From: an uncultured Candidatus Saccharibacteria bacterium
Lineage (GTDB): Bacteria; Patescibacteriota; 4484-211; JAGQKX01
Direction of reading: 5' to 3'
Length of the DNA: 64,000 bases
Assembly: GCA_964392315.1 (NCBI GenBank)
Contig: CAYMOT010000004.1
Location: 1,981 to 65,980 of the forward strand
In this document: positions 9,056 to 18,422 of the stretch, one piece after another
How positions within the stretch are numbered: the first letter of the stretch is position 1
Layout of the letters: each line of letters opens with the position of its first letter
Notes under the pieces: model-generated
Database searches by the model: none
What the model was told of the DNA's origin: nothing
What the model saw: the letters and a program-made list of their open reading frames with translations, nothing else
Made by a program: the position numbers and the translations under genes

Positions 9056-10234
9056 ATGAGAAAAACTTTTGCAGTAACACTTTTGTTGATTGTTTTTTTC
9101 TCTTTTTTTCTTCACACCTTTTCGACAGTCCGTGCACATTCTGGTGAACATTCACGAGTTGAGTATATTGTTGAGGAAGATGAGACTATTAATGATGACG
9201 TTTTGGCAGGTGCTGATAGTATCACCATTGCGGGAACTATTAATGGAGATGTGTATGCAATTGCAGAAAATATATCGGTCACTGGTACCATAAATGGGGA
9301 TGTATATGTTCTTGGAGGGACTATTGAAGTGACTGGTACCGTGCGAGATGATGTTGTTGCTCTCGGTGGTACGGTTAATGTTAAGAATGTAACGATAGGA
9401 GATAGTTTGATTTCAGTTGGTGGAACAGTCTCTGTTCAAGAAGACGTAACAATCGATGGTGCGCATTTGTTTGCCGGAGGGACGGTTATCAATAACGCAA
9501 CAATAGAAAGAGGTATGTATGGGGCAGCGGGTTCGCTTGATTTTAATGGTTCAACGGCAAGAAATGCATGGGTTTATACCGGGGTATTTACTGCGGGTGA
9601 AGGTTCCTCAGTCGGCGGTGATTTGTCATATAGCATGCAACAGGAGACAGATTTACCGAGCGCGCTTACGGTGGCTGGTGCGGTAAAGTATATCGATCCA
9701 AATAGTCTACCACGCGAATGGGGTGATCATCCTGACTCAACTCTTGGACAAAAAATAAATTTTGGTTACCATCTTTGGTCGTTTTCTTCAGCCTTACTCA
9801 TTGGCTTGCTATTCCTGTACCTATTCCCTGATGTTACAAAGAACGTTGCGCTGACCATAAAGGAAAAAATGCCCGCAAGTATTGGATGGGGTATTGTCGT
9901 GTTTGTTGGTATATTACCCGTCTTTATTTTGCTTTGTATGACCGTGGTTGGTATCCCGCTTGGGCTCCTGGTAATGGGTGCGTTTATGCTTGAGATGTAT
10001 TTTGCAAAAATATTTGTAGGATTCTTATATGGTTTGATGCTTCGTGATAGTGTTTTAAAAAATCCCAGTATGAATAAATCTATACTTTTTGTGTTGGGGT
10101 TGGGAGTTTTTTATGTGATTGCCTTGATTCCGTACATCAATATTTTGCAGACGATTGGCTCGATAATCGTGACGTTGGGAGCTGTTTTTTTGGTAAAACG
10201 AGATCGTTTTGTTTATCGTGTGCATGAAAAATGA
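9056..10234 (+). CDS. Secreted/membrane protein with N-terminal beta-helical repeat region (bactofilin/DUF4097-like 'GTINGDVY' repeats) and C-terminal 4-TM anchor.
   Basis: Signal peptide (MRKTFAVTLLLIVFFSFFLHTFSTVRA). At least 6 tandem ~20-aa repeats of G-T-[IV]-x-G-D-V (GTINGDVYAIAENISVTGTINGDVYVLGGTIEVTGTV...). The C-terminal 120 aa are hydrophobic. Confidence 0.4.
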   Translation: MRKTFAVTLLLIVFFSFFLHTFSTVRAHSGEHSRVEYIVEEDETINDDVLAGADSITIAGTINGDVYAIAENISVTGTINGDVYVLGGTIEVTGTVRDDVVALGGTVNVKNVTIGDSLISVGGTVSVQEDVTIDGAHLFAGGTVINNATIERGMYGAAGSLDFNGSTARNAWVYTGVFTAGEGSSVGGDLSYSMQQETDLPSALTVAGAVKYIDPNSLPREWGDHPDSTLGQKINFGYHLWSFSSALLIGLLFLYLFPDVTKNVALTIKEKMPASIGWGIVVFVGILPVFILLCMTVVGIPLGLLVMGAFMLEMYFAKIFVGFLYGLMLRDSVLKNPSMNKSILFVLGLGVFYVIALIPYINILQTIGSIIVTLGAVFLVKRDRFVYRVHEK

Positions 10235-10671
10235 ACCTCCATAGTAGCGCTTTCTCACATAAATCATTTATTCCAGATGAATATACCTGCAAGGGCCGAA
10301 ATATCTCACCTCCGTTAGAAATTTTGAATCCACCATCACATGTCGGGTCGTATGTGCTCATTGTTGACGATCCAGATGCACCTGCCAAAACTTGGGTACA
10401 CTGGGTAGTATGGAATATATTGCCGAGTGTACGGATAGTTGCAGAAGGCAGCATTCCTGAAGGTGGTATTGAAGGTATGACAGACTTTGGTACTCGCGGG
10501 TATGGTGGGCCTTGTCCTCCCAGTGGCACGCATCGGTATTTTTTCAAATTGTATGCTCTCGATACGATGCTTGAACTTCCAGAAGCAAGTACAAAGCCAG
10601 ACGTTGTTGCGGCTATGGATGGCCATATTATAACCTCTGCTGAGTTGGTGGGACTGTATTCACACCACTAG
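10231..10671 (+). CDS. YbhB/YbcL family phosphatidylethanolamine-binding protein (PEBP/RKIP-like).
   Basis: Signature 'LIVDDPDAP...HWVVWNI...GYGGPCPPSGTHRYFFKLYALD' matches the bacterial PEBP family. Confidence 0.7.
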   Translation: MNLHSSAFSHKSFIPDEYTCKGRNISPPLEILNPPSHVGSYVLIVDDPDAPAKTWVHWVVWNILPSVRIVAEGSIPEGGIEGMTDFGTRGYGGPCPPSGTHRYFFKLYALDTMLELPEASTKPDVVAAMDGHIITSAELVGLYSHH

Positions 10672-10733
10672 ATACTACGGTGTGCTGGTTAGCTTTTTGC
10701 TTTACGCTCGTATTGTTTTGATACAATATTCGC

Positions 10734-11810
10734 ATGATCCTCGAAAATGCTTCGTTGCTCCCGTATAACACGTTTCGTGTGCATGTCTCAGCTCGTTATT
10801 TTGCCCAGCCTTCTAGTACACAAGAATTGCAGGAAACGCTCAAAGATTCCATTGTGCAGGGAAATAAAATTTTTGTGTTAGGGGGAGGAAGTAATACGCT
10901 ATTTGTAAATGATTTCGATGGCTTAGTGGTGCAGCCGTTAATCAAAGGAATAGAAATTATCGAAGAAACAGATTCTACCGTGACGCTTAGAGTCGGTGCG
11001 GGTGAAGACTGGCATCGGTTTGTGATGTATGTAGTTGAAAGAGGTTGGAGTGGCATCGAGAATCTCGCATATATCCCTGGTAGCGTCGGTGGAGCACCAG
11101 TACAAAACATTGCCGCATATGGCCAGACATTTGAAGATGTATTGGTTTCGGTTGAGGCATTAGATTTACAGAATGGGTCATTGAAAGCATTTAGTAAGGC
11201 GGAAACAGAACCAGCGTATCGGTCGAGTATTTTTAAAACAAAATTACAAGACAGGTATGTGGTTACTTCGGTAACCATGCAACTTTCAAAAATTCCAGAT
11301 TTTGACACACATTATCATGGTAGATATTCGTATGAATCGTTGCAAACCTGGCTTGATCAAGTGGCAAAACCGCCGTATACGCCAAAAGCAATTGCAGACG
11401 CTATTATTTTGCAAAGAAAAGCGAAATTACCTGAAGTCTCAGAGTATGGGACTTGTGGGAGTTTTTTTGTAAACCCTTTTGTTACGGTAGAAAAGTTTCA
11501 CGAATTAGAAAAAGAAGTTCCTGAGTTGCAACATTATCCCATTACCAAGATGGAGTATGATCGGATTGACTGGCACAATACGGGACAGGATCAGATTGTG
11601 AAAATACCCACTGGAAGACTTTTAGAAGAGTTGGGCTGGAAGGGCAAATGGATCGGTAATGTCGGCACGTTCGATAAACATGCTCTGATAATTGTGACTA
11701 AAGGAGAAGCATCAGGTCAAGAAATCCTCGACTTCGCTGATCAAATGAAACAATCAGTCAAAGATGCCTTTGATGTTGATTTGGTGAGTGAAGTTAGAAT
11801 TGTTAACTAG
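10734..11810 (+). CDS. murB: UDP-N-acetylenolpyruvoylglucosamine reductase (MurB).
   Basis: FAD-binding PCMH-type region with 'LGGGSNTLF' and C-terminal MurB-type substrate domain. Overall length and order match MurB. Confidence 0.6.
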   Translation: MILENASLLPYNTFRVHVSARYFAQPSSTQELQETLKDSIVQGNKIFVLGGGSNTLFVNDFDGLVVQPLIKGIEIIEETDSTVTLRVGAGEDWHRFVMYVVERGWSGIENLAYIPGSVGGAPVQNIAAYGQTFEDVLVSVEALDLQNGSLKAFSKAETEPAYRSSIFKTKLQDRYVVTSVTMQLSKIPDFDTHYHGRYSYESLQTWLDQVAKPPYTPKAIADAIILQRKAKLPEVSEYGTCGSFFVNPFVTVEKFHELEKEVPELQHYPITKMEYDRIDWHNTGQDQIVKIPTGRLLEELGWKGKWIGNVGTFDKHALIIVTKGEASGQEILDFADQMKQSVKDAFDVDLVSEVRIVN

Positions 11811-12685
11811 TCGTACTTAGTTAGTGGTACTGAGTCAGATATGTCCTGTTGATTCGGAAAATCATTACGGAGTTTTTCAATATCATCATCTTCCATTTTC
11901 CACTCTAAAGCTCCGAGATTCTCTTCTAAATGTTTCTGGTTGCTCATCTTCGAAAGTGTTACAACGTTCTTTTGGGAAGTTAACCAGTTAATTGCAATTT
12001 GCGCAGGTGTTTTATCATACTTTTTACACATGTTTTCTAGTAGAGGATTAATCGACTCGACTAACAGTCCTTTTTGAATTGGTCTGTATGCAACAAACAT
12101 GACGTCGTTGCGTTGACAGTAGTCTAGAATTCCTCTTCTTTCTGGCTCTCGTATTAATAGATTGTAGTGAAGTTGGTTTACGACTATCTTATTCTTTGTA
12201 CTATCTTGGGCTTTTTGAAATCGTTCTACAGAAAAATTGCTTACTCCAATATTTTTGATTAAACCATCCGCAACTAATGTATCCATTGCTCGCATGCTTT
12301 CTTCAATTGGAATAGCAAGGCTTGGACTATGAATCATATAAAGATCGAAGTACTCTGTGTTAATTCGCTTCAAGCTTGCTTTACATGAGCTAATAAGGTC
12401 ATCGAATCTGAGATTTTGTGAAGCAACCTTGGTAGCGATAAATAGCGCGGATCGATCATAACCTTCAATTGCCTTACCTACCAAAATTTCCGAATAACCA
12501 GCAGCATATTTTTCAGCGGTGTCTATATGCGTAATCCCGGTGTTTATCGCGGTTCGGATAGCTGTGATGTCTCTTTCATCGTCATTTGAGGGATCATATT
12601 CCATACGACCACCCATCTCCCACGTACCTATGCCGAATATAGGCATTTCGAATCCACTTTGTAACTTTTTTGTAGGGATGGTCAT
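11807..12685 (-). CDS. Aldo/keto reductase family oxidoreductase.
   Basis: 'GIGTWEMGG', 'IDTAEKYAAGYSE', 'HSPSLAIPIEESM' map to the AKR catalytic tetrad region. 292 aa. Confidence 0.75.
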   Translation of the reverse strand: MTIPTKKLQSGFEMPIFGIGTWEMGGRMEYDPSNDDERDITAIRTAINTGITHIDTAEKYAAGYSEILVGKAIEGYDRSALFIATKVASQNLRFDDLISSCKASLKRINTEYFDLYMIHSPSLAIPIEESMRAMDTLVADGLIKNIGVSNFSVERFQKAQDSTKNKIVVNQLHYNLLIREPERRGILDYCQRNDVMFVAYRPIQKGLLVESINPLLENMCKKYDKTPAQIAINWLTSQKNVVTLSKMSNQKHLEENLGALEWKMEDDDIEKLRNDFPNQQDISDSVPLTKYD

Positions 12686-12703
12686 TAAGATTTATTATAC
12701 TGT

Positions 12704-13756
12704 TTAGATTATCAGCATACTATCTCCATAACTTAAAAACTTGTAATCAAGTTTAAGTGCTTCGTCGTAGGCGTTTAGTAAATTTTCTTTTCCCGCAAAT
12801 GCGACAGCGAGTAAGAGAACTGTTGAGTGGGGAGCGTGGAAATTCGTTAATAATGCGTCGACAATTTTGAAATCGTAACCCGGGAATATAAAAAGGTCGG
12901 CTTCCGCTTGAATCGGTTCTGTCGTTGATTCCAGTGCTTTGGTTGGAGTGACACGAGCCATGTGTTCGAGGGCACGGGTGACCGTAGTGCCAAGCGCGAA
13001 AACTTTTCTTCCCTTTTGCTTAACCGTGCTTATACCTTGCACGGTTTCAGGAGAAATCGAATAAAATTCCTTGTGCATGATATGATCCTCGATTTTTTCT
13101 GTCTTTATTGGCAAAAAGGTCCCTCTGCCGACGTGAAGCGTCATATCTCTAATATCTGCACCTTTTGACCTGCACAGTGCTTGTATCTCATCGGTGAAGT
13201 TGAGTGAAGCTGTAGGTGCAGCAACTGAACCGGGTATCTCAGCAAACGGTGTTTGGTAGCGTTCTTTGTCATCTGGGTCATCCTCACGTTTTAGGTATGG
13301 AGGAATAGGGGTGTGTCCATACTTTTCCATCAAGTCAGAAGATTGTAGCGGTGAATTAATCAAAACGGTCCCGTGGTCGCTAATTCCTTCCACTTTCAAT
13401 TTAATATTTTCGAGCTGTAACAGGTCGCCTTGCTGAGTAGACCCACCATATAAACATTCAAAGGTAAACGTTGGGTTAAGCGATAATTGGTGTGACTCGA
13501 TTAATAACAGTTCAACTGTTCCACCTCTCGGATTTTTAGTCAGGAGTCGTGCTGGAATGACTTTTGTGTTATTCCTAATGATAAGATCACCGTTGTTGAG
13601 ATACTCAGGGAGGTCTTTGTACTGTTTGTGCTCTATTTCACCTGTATCTTTGTGCAGCACCAGAAGCTTTGCATCGCCACGGGTTTTGGGTGGATGTTTT
13701 GCTATTCTTTCAGGCGGGAGGGTGTATGTTATTTCATTGATATTCATACCGTACAT
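12704..13756 (-). CDS. queA: S-adenosylmethionine:tRNA ribosyltransferase-isomerase.
   Basis: N-terminal 'ITYTLPPERIAKHPP' (compare QueA FDYELPEELIAQ), 350 aa, conserved C-terminal 'FLSYGDSMLI'. Confidence 0.75.
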   Translation of the reverse strand: MYGMNINEITYTLPPERIAKHPPKTRGDAKLLVLHKDTGEIEHKQYKDLPEYLNNGDLIIRNNTKVIPARLLTKNPRGGTVELLLIESHQLSLNPTFTFECLYGGSTQQGDLLQLENIKLKVEGISDHGTVLINSPLQSSDLMEKYGHTPIPPYLKREDDPDDKERYQTPFAEIPGSVAAPTASLNFTDEIQALCRSKGADIRDMTLHVGRGTFLPIKTEKIEDHIMHKEFYSISPETVQGISTVKQKGRKVFALGTTVTRALEHMARVTPTKALESTTEPIQAEADLFIFPGYDFKIVDALLTNFHAPHSTVLLLAVAFAGKENLLNAYDEALKLDYKFLSYGDSMLII

Positions 13757-13810
13757 TGTATCTTAATTTGTATATTTGTTTATTTGACTATTTGTACTAT
13801 TATTTTTTTT

Positions 13811-14482
13811 ATGGAGGAGATGACGATTCGTGATTTGCATCGCGTGGATAAGCCACGTGAAAAACTAGCGCGGTATGGTGTGCAGAAATTGTCGGATCAA
13901 GAACTCGTTTCAGTACTCCTTGGGTCAGGTACAAAATCAGCAGGGGTACTGGAACTTTCGCGCACACTGCTCACAAAATTTCCTCTTACAACGCTTTCAC
14001 AGGCACCAATGGACATTTTACAGAGTATTCCGGGGATCGGCCAGGCAAAAGCGTCAATACTATTAGCAGCATTCGAACTTTCAAAGCGCATTACCGACCT
14101 GAGCACCGCCACTGTTGTCACTGCTGCAGACGTGTGGAATAGCGTACATGACATCCGCAATCAGACCAAGGAGCACTTTGTAATTGTATTACTGAATTCA
14201 CGAAACCAGATCATAAAATATGAGGTTGTATCAATTGGATTGGTTGATACGAGTATTATTCACCCGAGAGAAGTGTTTGAGCCAGCGATAAAACATGTTG
14301 CAAGTGCAGTAATACTAGTACACAATCACCCATCTGGCCAATTAGATCCTTCGGATGCAGATATACGTACAACCAAGCAATTGGTTGAATGCGGTAAACT
14401 GCTTGGTATTCCCGTAGTTGATCATGTCATCGTGACGTCCGACGGATACCTAAGTTTTGTGCAAAAGGGCATCGTATTATGA
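13811..14482 (+). CDS. radC: RadC-like JAB/MPN domain protein (UPF0758).
   Basis: HhH-like N-terminus and JAMM motif 'ILVHNHPSGQLDPSDAD'. The real ATG is at 13811, inside the longer track ORF 13628..14482. Confidence 0.7.
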   Translation: MEEMTIRDLHRVDKPREKLARYGVQKLSDQELVSVLLGSGTKSAGVLELSRTLLTKFPLTTLSQAPMDILQSIPGIGQAKASILLAAFELSKRITDLSTATVVTAADVWNSVHDIRNQTKEHFVIVLLNSRNQIIKYEVVSIGLVDTSIIHPREVFEPAIKHVASAVILVHNHPSGQLDPSDADIRTTKQLVECGKLLGIPVVDHVIVTSDGYLSFVQKGIVL

Positions 14483-14504
14483 CGCAGATTTGCTATAATG
14501 CTAA

Positions 14505-14993
14505 GTGCCTATGCCTGATACATCACCTAAGGCCCAGCGGCAAAAGCCGGTCTCTCTTTTAAAACTACTTGCTGGAATTATAGTAATCGTTGGTGCGATA
14601 GCGTTTTGGTGGCATCGTGCAAACCTCGCGGATGCCCCTGAGGATCAGAAGAATCCAGAACCTACACTCACCCCTGAGCCGTCAAATCGACCCACTTTTA
14701 GGTCTATAGATGAAGAGGATATTGTGGAAGTTTCACTAACTGCATGGGAATATGCATATTCAGTGAAGACTTTGACAATTAGGGAAGGTGATACCGTACG
14801 CTTGCACCTAAAAAGCACAAAGGGAACCCATGATTTTGTAGTAGATGAGTTGGATATCACTACCCGTGAAGTGGACACGGGTGAGGAGACAATTGTAGAA
14901 TTTGTCGCGGACAAAAAAGGTGAATTTACTTTCTATTGCAGTGTGATGGATCATCGGCAAAAGGGGATGGAAGGAGTACTCATCGTAGAATAG
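14505..14993 (+). CDS. Membrane-anchored cupredoxin (type-1 blue copper protein-like).
   Basis: Single TM helix (LLKLLAGIIVIVGAIAFWW) then a beta-sandwich with the ligand pattern H...C-x4-H-x4-M (GTHDF ... YCSVMDHRQKGM), as in azurin/plastocyanin-type sites. Confidence 0.5.
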   Translation: MPMPDTSPKAQRQKPVSLLKLLAGIIVIVGAIAFWWHRANLADAPEDQKNPEPTLTPEPSNRPTFRSIDEEDIVEVSLTAWEYAYSVKTLTIREGDTVRLHLKSTKGTHDFVVDELDITTREVDTGEETIVEFVADKKGEFTFYCSVMDHRQKGMEGVLIVE

Positions 14994-15061
14994 ATCAACT
15001 GTTGCCCAGGTTCACATTTGTCTGTCTTTTCTGTTTTTTCACTGAATTATAGAATATACCT

Positions 15062-16285
15062 ATGATTGCGTTACCTTCAGTACCGCTGGCCGATCGGATG
15101 CGTCCGACATCATTGCATGAATATGTCGGGCAGGAGCATATTCTTGGACAAGATAAAATTCTGCGCAAAGCAATAGAGTCTGGAAATATATCCTCAATGA
15201 TTTTTTGGGGTCCGCCAGGATCTGGGAAAACCACCTTAGCCCGCGTGATTGCAAACACACTCGATGTACACTTCATTCAACTCTCTGCAACAATGCATGG
15301 GGTAAAAGATTTACGTCAGGTTTTCGAAAGGGCTCTGTCGAGTAAAGAACAGCTTTTTCAAAAAAAGACGATTGTGTTTGTAGATGAGATTCACCGTTTT
15401 AACAAATCCCAACAAGATGCCCTGCTACCGCACGTTGAAAACGGCACAGTCATTTTGATCGGCGCAACGACGGAGAATCCAAGCTTTGAGGTTAATGCTG
15501 CGTTGATGTCCCGATGTCAGGTATTTGTTTTGCATCCGTTGGGAAAAGAGTATATTTCACAGATTATAGAAAATACGCTCCATCACCCCCGCGCATTTGG
15601 TTCGATAAGAGTAGATATTGAAAATGATGCCATGGAATTTTTGGCGCTGCATGCCAACGGTGATGCACGTATCGCACTGAATGCCCTAGAAATAGCAGTT
15701 AAATCGAATAGTTTGGCAGAAATGAATGACATTATCTTAACAAAAGAAGCTATTAGGCAGTCGCTGCAACAGACAAACCTGTTGTATGACAAGAATGGTG
15801 AGGAACACTACAATACCATTTCCGCATTTATCAAATCAATGCGTGCAAGCGATGCTGATGCGGCATTGTATTATTTGGCACGTATGGTCCATGCAGGTGA
15901 AGACCCCAAATATATTGCCCGACGAATGGTTGTGTTTGCGAGTGAAGATGTTGGCTTAGCCGATCCTCATGCGCTGGTTGTTGCCAATAATGCATTTAGA
16001 GCATGTGAGACGATTGGATATCCGGAATGTCAAATAAACCTTGCACATGGAGTTGCATATTTAGCAAAAGCGCCAAAGAACAGAAATGCGTACAACGCGT
16101 ATTTTAAAGCGCTGGAGGATGTAAAAGAGCAAGGAAATTTGCCGATACCATTACAAGTGCGGAACGCACCAACGTCGTTGATGAAGGATCTCGAGTATGG
16201 CAAAGGATACGAAATGTATCCGGAGAAAGGGTCGTATTTACCAGAGGTATTACAAGGGAAAGTGTATTTGGATAATACAGAATAG
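15062..16285 (+). CDS. rarA: Replication-associated recombination protein A (AAA+ ATPase RarA/MgsA).
   Basis: '[19 protein letters not shown]' Walker A, '[19 protein letters not shown]' Walker B/sensor, and C-terminal MgsA-specific helical domain. Confidence 0.8.
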   Translation: MIALPSVPLADRMRPTSLHEYVGQEHILGQDKILRKAIESGNISSMIFWGPPGSGKTTLARVIANTLDVHFIQLSATMHGVKDLRQVFERALSSKEQLFQKKTIVFVDEIHRFNKSQQDALLPHVENGTVILIGATTENPSFEVNAALMSRCQVFVLHPLGKEYISQIIENTLHHPRAFGSIRVDIENDAMEFLALHANGDARIALNALEIAVKSNSLAEMNDIILTKEAIRQSLQQTNLLYDKNGEEHYNTISAFIKSMRASDADAALYYLARMVHAGEDPKYIARRMVVFASEDVGLADPHALVVANNAFRACETIGYPECQINLAHGVAYLAKAPKNRNAYNAYFKALEDVKEQGNLPIPLQVRNAPTSLMKDLEYGKGYEMYPEKGSYLPEVLQGKVYLDNTE

Positions 16286-16311
16286 CAAAAAAACGGTGTT
16301 ACAATACGAAT

Positions 16312-17196
16312 ATGCCAAAAGATAAATTTACTGCAGTTTGGGTTTCACATTCCTCCATAAAGGATTATCTCAATTGCCCGCGTGCGTATTACTTGAACAA
16401 TGTGTACAAGGATCCTAAGACCAATCGAAAGATAAACATTGTCGCTCCGCCACTCGCGCTCGGTCAGGCTGTGCATGGAGTGTTAGAGTCACTTTCTGTG
16501 CTGCCGACCGAAGAACGGTTTTCCCGATCACTTTTGCAGCGACTCGATGAAGAATGGGAAAAAGTCGCTGGACAGAAAGGTGGATTTTCTGATCCAGAGC
16601 AAGAAAGACGCTATAAAGAACGGGCAAAAGAGATGCTCTATCAGGTTGAGAAGAACCCAGGTCCTTTAGTTCGTAAGGCGGTTAAGATCCAAAAATCGTT
16701 GCCATATTATTGGATCTCAGAGGAACTGAATATTATCCTCTGCGGAAAAATTGACTGGTTAGAATATCTTGAAGAGACAGATTCTGTACATATTATCGAC
16801 TTTAAAACAGGCCGAAACGAAGAAGAAGCAGAATCATTACAGCTTCCGATATATTTTCTCCTTGCCAAAAATAACCAAGAACGAAACATAGAAAAAATGA
16901 GTTATTGGTATTTAGACAAAGGATCTGATTTAGAAGAAGTCGTATTGCCGGATGCTCAGGAGGCAGAGAATAGGATATTAGAGGTTGCGAAGCGAATAGT
17001 GACTGCAAGAAAGTTGGATCAGTTCGTGTGTCGAAATGGAGAAGAAGGGTGTTTTGCCTGTCGGGATTTAGAGAAAGTAATACATGGGGAGGCGGTATAT
17101 GTAGGAGTCGGGGGGTATAACCAAGACTTATATATGATTCCAAAGTCTGATAACGAAACATCGGAGACAAGCGAGCCACAAAGCGTCATATTGTAA
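16312..17196 (+). CDS. PD-(D/E)XK nuclease superfamily protein with Cas4/RecB-like cysteine cluster.
   Basis: 'IDFKTGR' and 'IDWLEY' (D...D/ExK core). One N-terminal Cys (DYLNCPRAY) and a C-terminal CRNGEEGCFAC cluster, as in Cas4/AddB-type 4Fe-4S nucleases. No CRISPR array nearby. Confidence 0.45.
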   Translation: MPKDKFTAVWVSHSSIKDYLNCPRAYYLNNVYKDPKTNRKINIVAPPLALGQAVHGVLESLSVLPTEERFSRSLLQRLDEEWEKVAGQKGGFSDPEQERRYKERAKEMLYQVEKNPGPLVRKAVKIQKSLPYYWISEELNIILCGKIDWLEYLEETDSVHIIDFKTGRNEEEAESLQLPIYFLLAKNNQERNIEKMSYWYLDKGSDLEEVVLPDAQEAENRILEVAKRIVTARKLDQFVCRNGEEGCFACRDLEKVIHGEAVYVGVGGYNQDLYMIPKSDNETSETSEPQSVIL

Positions 17197-17226
17197 TTAC
17201 TTTCTTCCGCTGTATATAATGGCTGT

Positions 17227-17607
17227 ATGAACGTTCTTCCGTTTAGCTTGAAAGTACAGAAAACCCTGTACTATACGCTCAACGTCCTCATTACCGTTAT
17301 AGAATTTTTTCTTGGATTTCGTGTACTGCTTAAACTGTTGGCGGCGAATCCGTCTCCATTTGTTAATTGGATTTATTCTGCCAGTAGCGGCCTAAGGGAT
17401 CCATTTGATGGTATGTTTAATAGTTTTGTGACTCAAGGGGGCCACGTGTTAGAGCTCGATACATTATTTGCCATGGCTTTTTATGCGCTTATGTATTATT
17501 TCCTTTTCCAGTTACTTGTGCTTGTGTCAGATGTGGTAAAGAAGAACAGCAATGCCCCAGTCACGAAAAAAAACGTATCAAGCCAACAACCCCCAGCACA
17601 ATCATAA
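17227..17607 (+). CDS. YggT family small membrane protein.
   Basis: Two TM helices. 'RVLLKLLAANPSPFVNWIYSASSGLRDPF' resembles the YggT consensus. Confidence 0.45.
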   Translation: MNVLPFSLKVQKTLYYTLNVLITVIEFFLGFRVLLKLLAANPSPFVNWIYSASSGLRDPFDGMFNSFVTQGGHVLELDTLFAMAFYALMYYFLFQLLVLVSDVVKKNSNAPVTKKNVSSQQPPAQS

Positions 17608-17651
17608 ATTCTGTACATTACCCATTTTTCAGAATTTGATACGATATACAG

Positions 17652-18422
17652 ATGCCGCTTGTTTCACTAGAAAAAATTACCAAAATCTATAATGCTGGTT
17701 CAGTGCAGGTACCGGCGTTATCTGATATCACTGTGACTATTGAAAAAGGAGAGATGGTTGCAATTATGGGGCCATCTGGATCTGGTAAATCGACACTCAT
17801 GAACGTATTGGGCTTACTTGATAGGCCGACAGCAGGGTCATACGTCTTGGATGGAGAGCTGATATCGCTTTCCATGTCAGACAAACGACTTGCTCGTATT
17901 AGAAGTAAAAAGGTGGGGTTTGTGTTTCAAAGCTTTCATCTTCTTTCACATCTATCTGCGCTCGACAATGTCACCATGCCTACGATTTATTCTGGAGTTT
18001 CGCGGAAAGAGGCAAAGAAACGAGCAGAGGAGTTGCTTACTACAGTGGGGCTCAAGGATCGTATGCATCATCGTCCTAATCAGCTTTCAGGTGGTGAAAA
18101 ACAGCGTGTCGCTATAGCACGATCGCTTATAAATGATCCCGATGTCATTTTGGCAGATGAACCTACAGGGAACCTGGATACACAGACGGGTACAGAAGTT
18201 CTAAGAATCCTTAAGGATCTGAATAAAAAAGGGAAAACACTTATCATCATTACCCATGATCAATTTATTGCGGATTCCTGTGAGCGTATCATTCACATAC
18301 TTGATGGACGAATTGTTTCAGAGGAAGATGTCCAGGAACCAAAGGCAGGTACAAAAGCTCCTTGGTGGAAAAAGGTTTTTAATGTAATGATGGGTGTTCT
18401 TGAAGAGTATTCAAACGTATGA
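17652..18422 (+). CDS. ABC transporter ATP-binding protein (MacB/LolD/FtsE-like).
   Basis: Walker A 'GPSGSGKST', Q-loop, ABC signature '[15 protein letters not shown]', Walker B '[11 protein letters not shown]' and H-loop. Confidence 0.8.
   Translation: MPLVSLEKITKIYNAGSVQVPALSDITVTIEKGEMVAIMGPSGSGKSTLMNVLGLLDRPTAGSYVLDGELISLSMSDKRLARIRSKKVGFVFQSFHLLSHLSALDNVTMPTIYSGVSRKEAKKRAEELLTTVGLKDRMHHRPNQLSGGEKQRVAIARSLINDPDVILADEPTGNLDTQTGTEVLRILKDLNKKGKTLIIITHDQFIADSCERIIHILDGRIVSEEDVQEPKAGTKAPWWKKVFNVMMGVLEEYSNV

Noticed and set aside
10137-10547. 136-aa minus-strand ORF overlapping the PEBP gene and the end of the beta-helix protein gene.
   Set aside because: Overlaps two better-supported genes. 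No motif.
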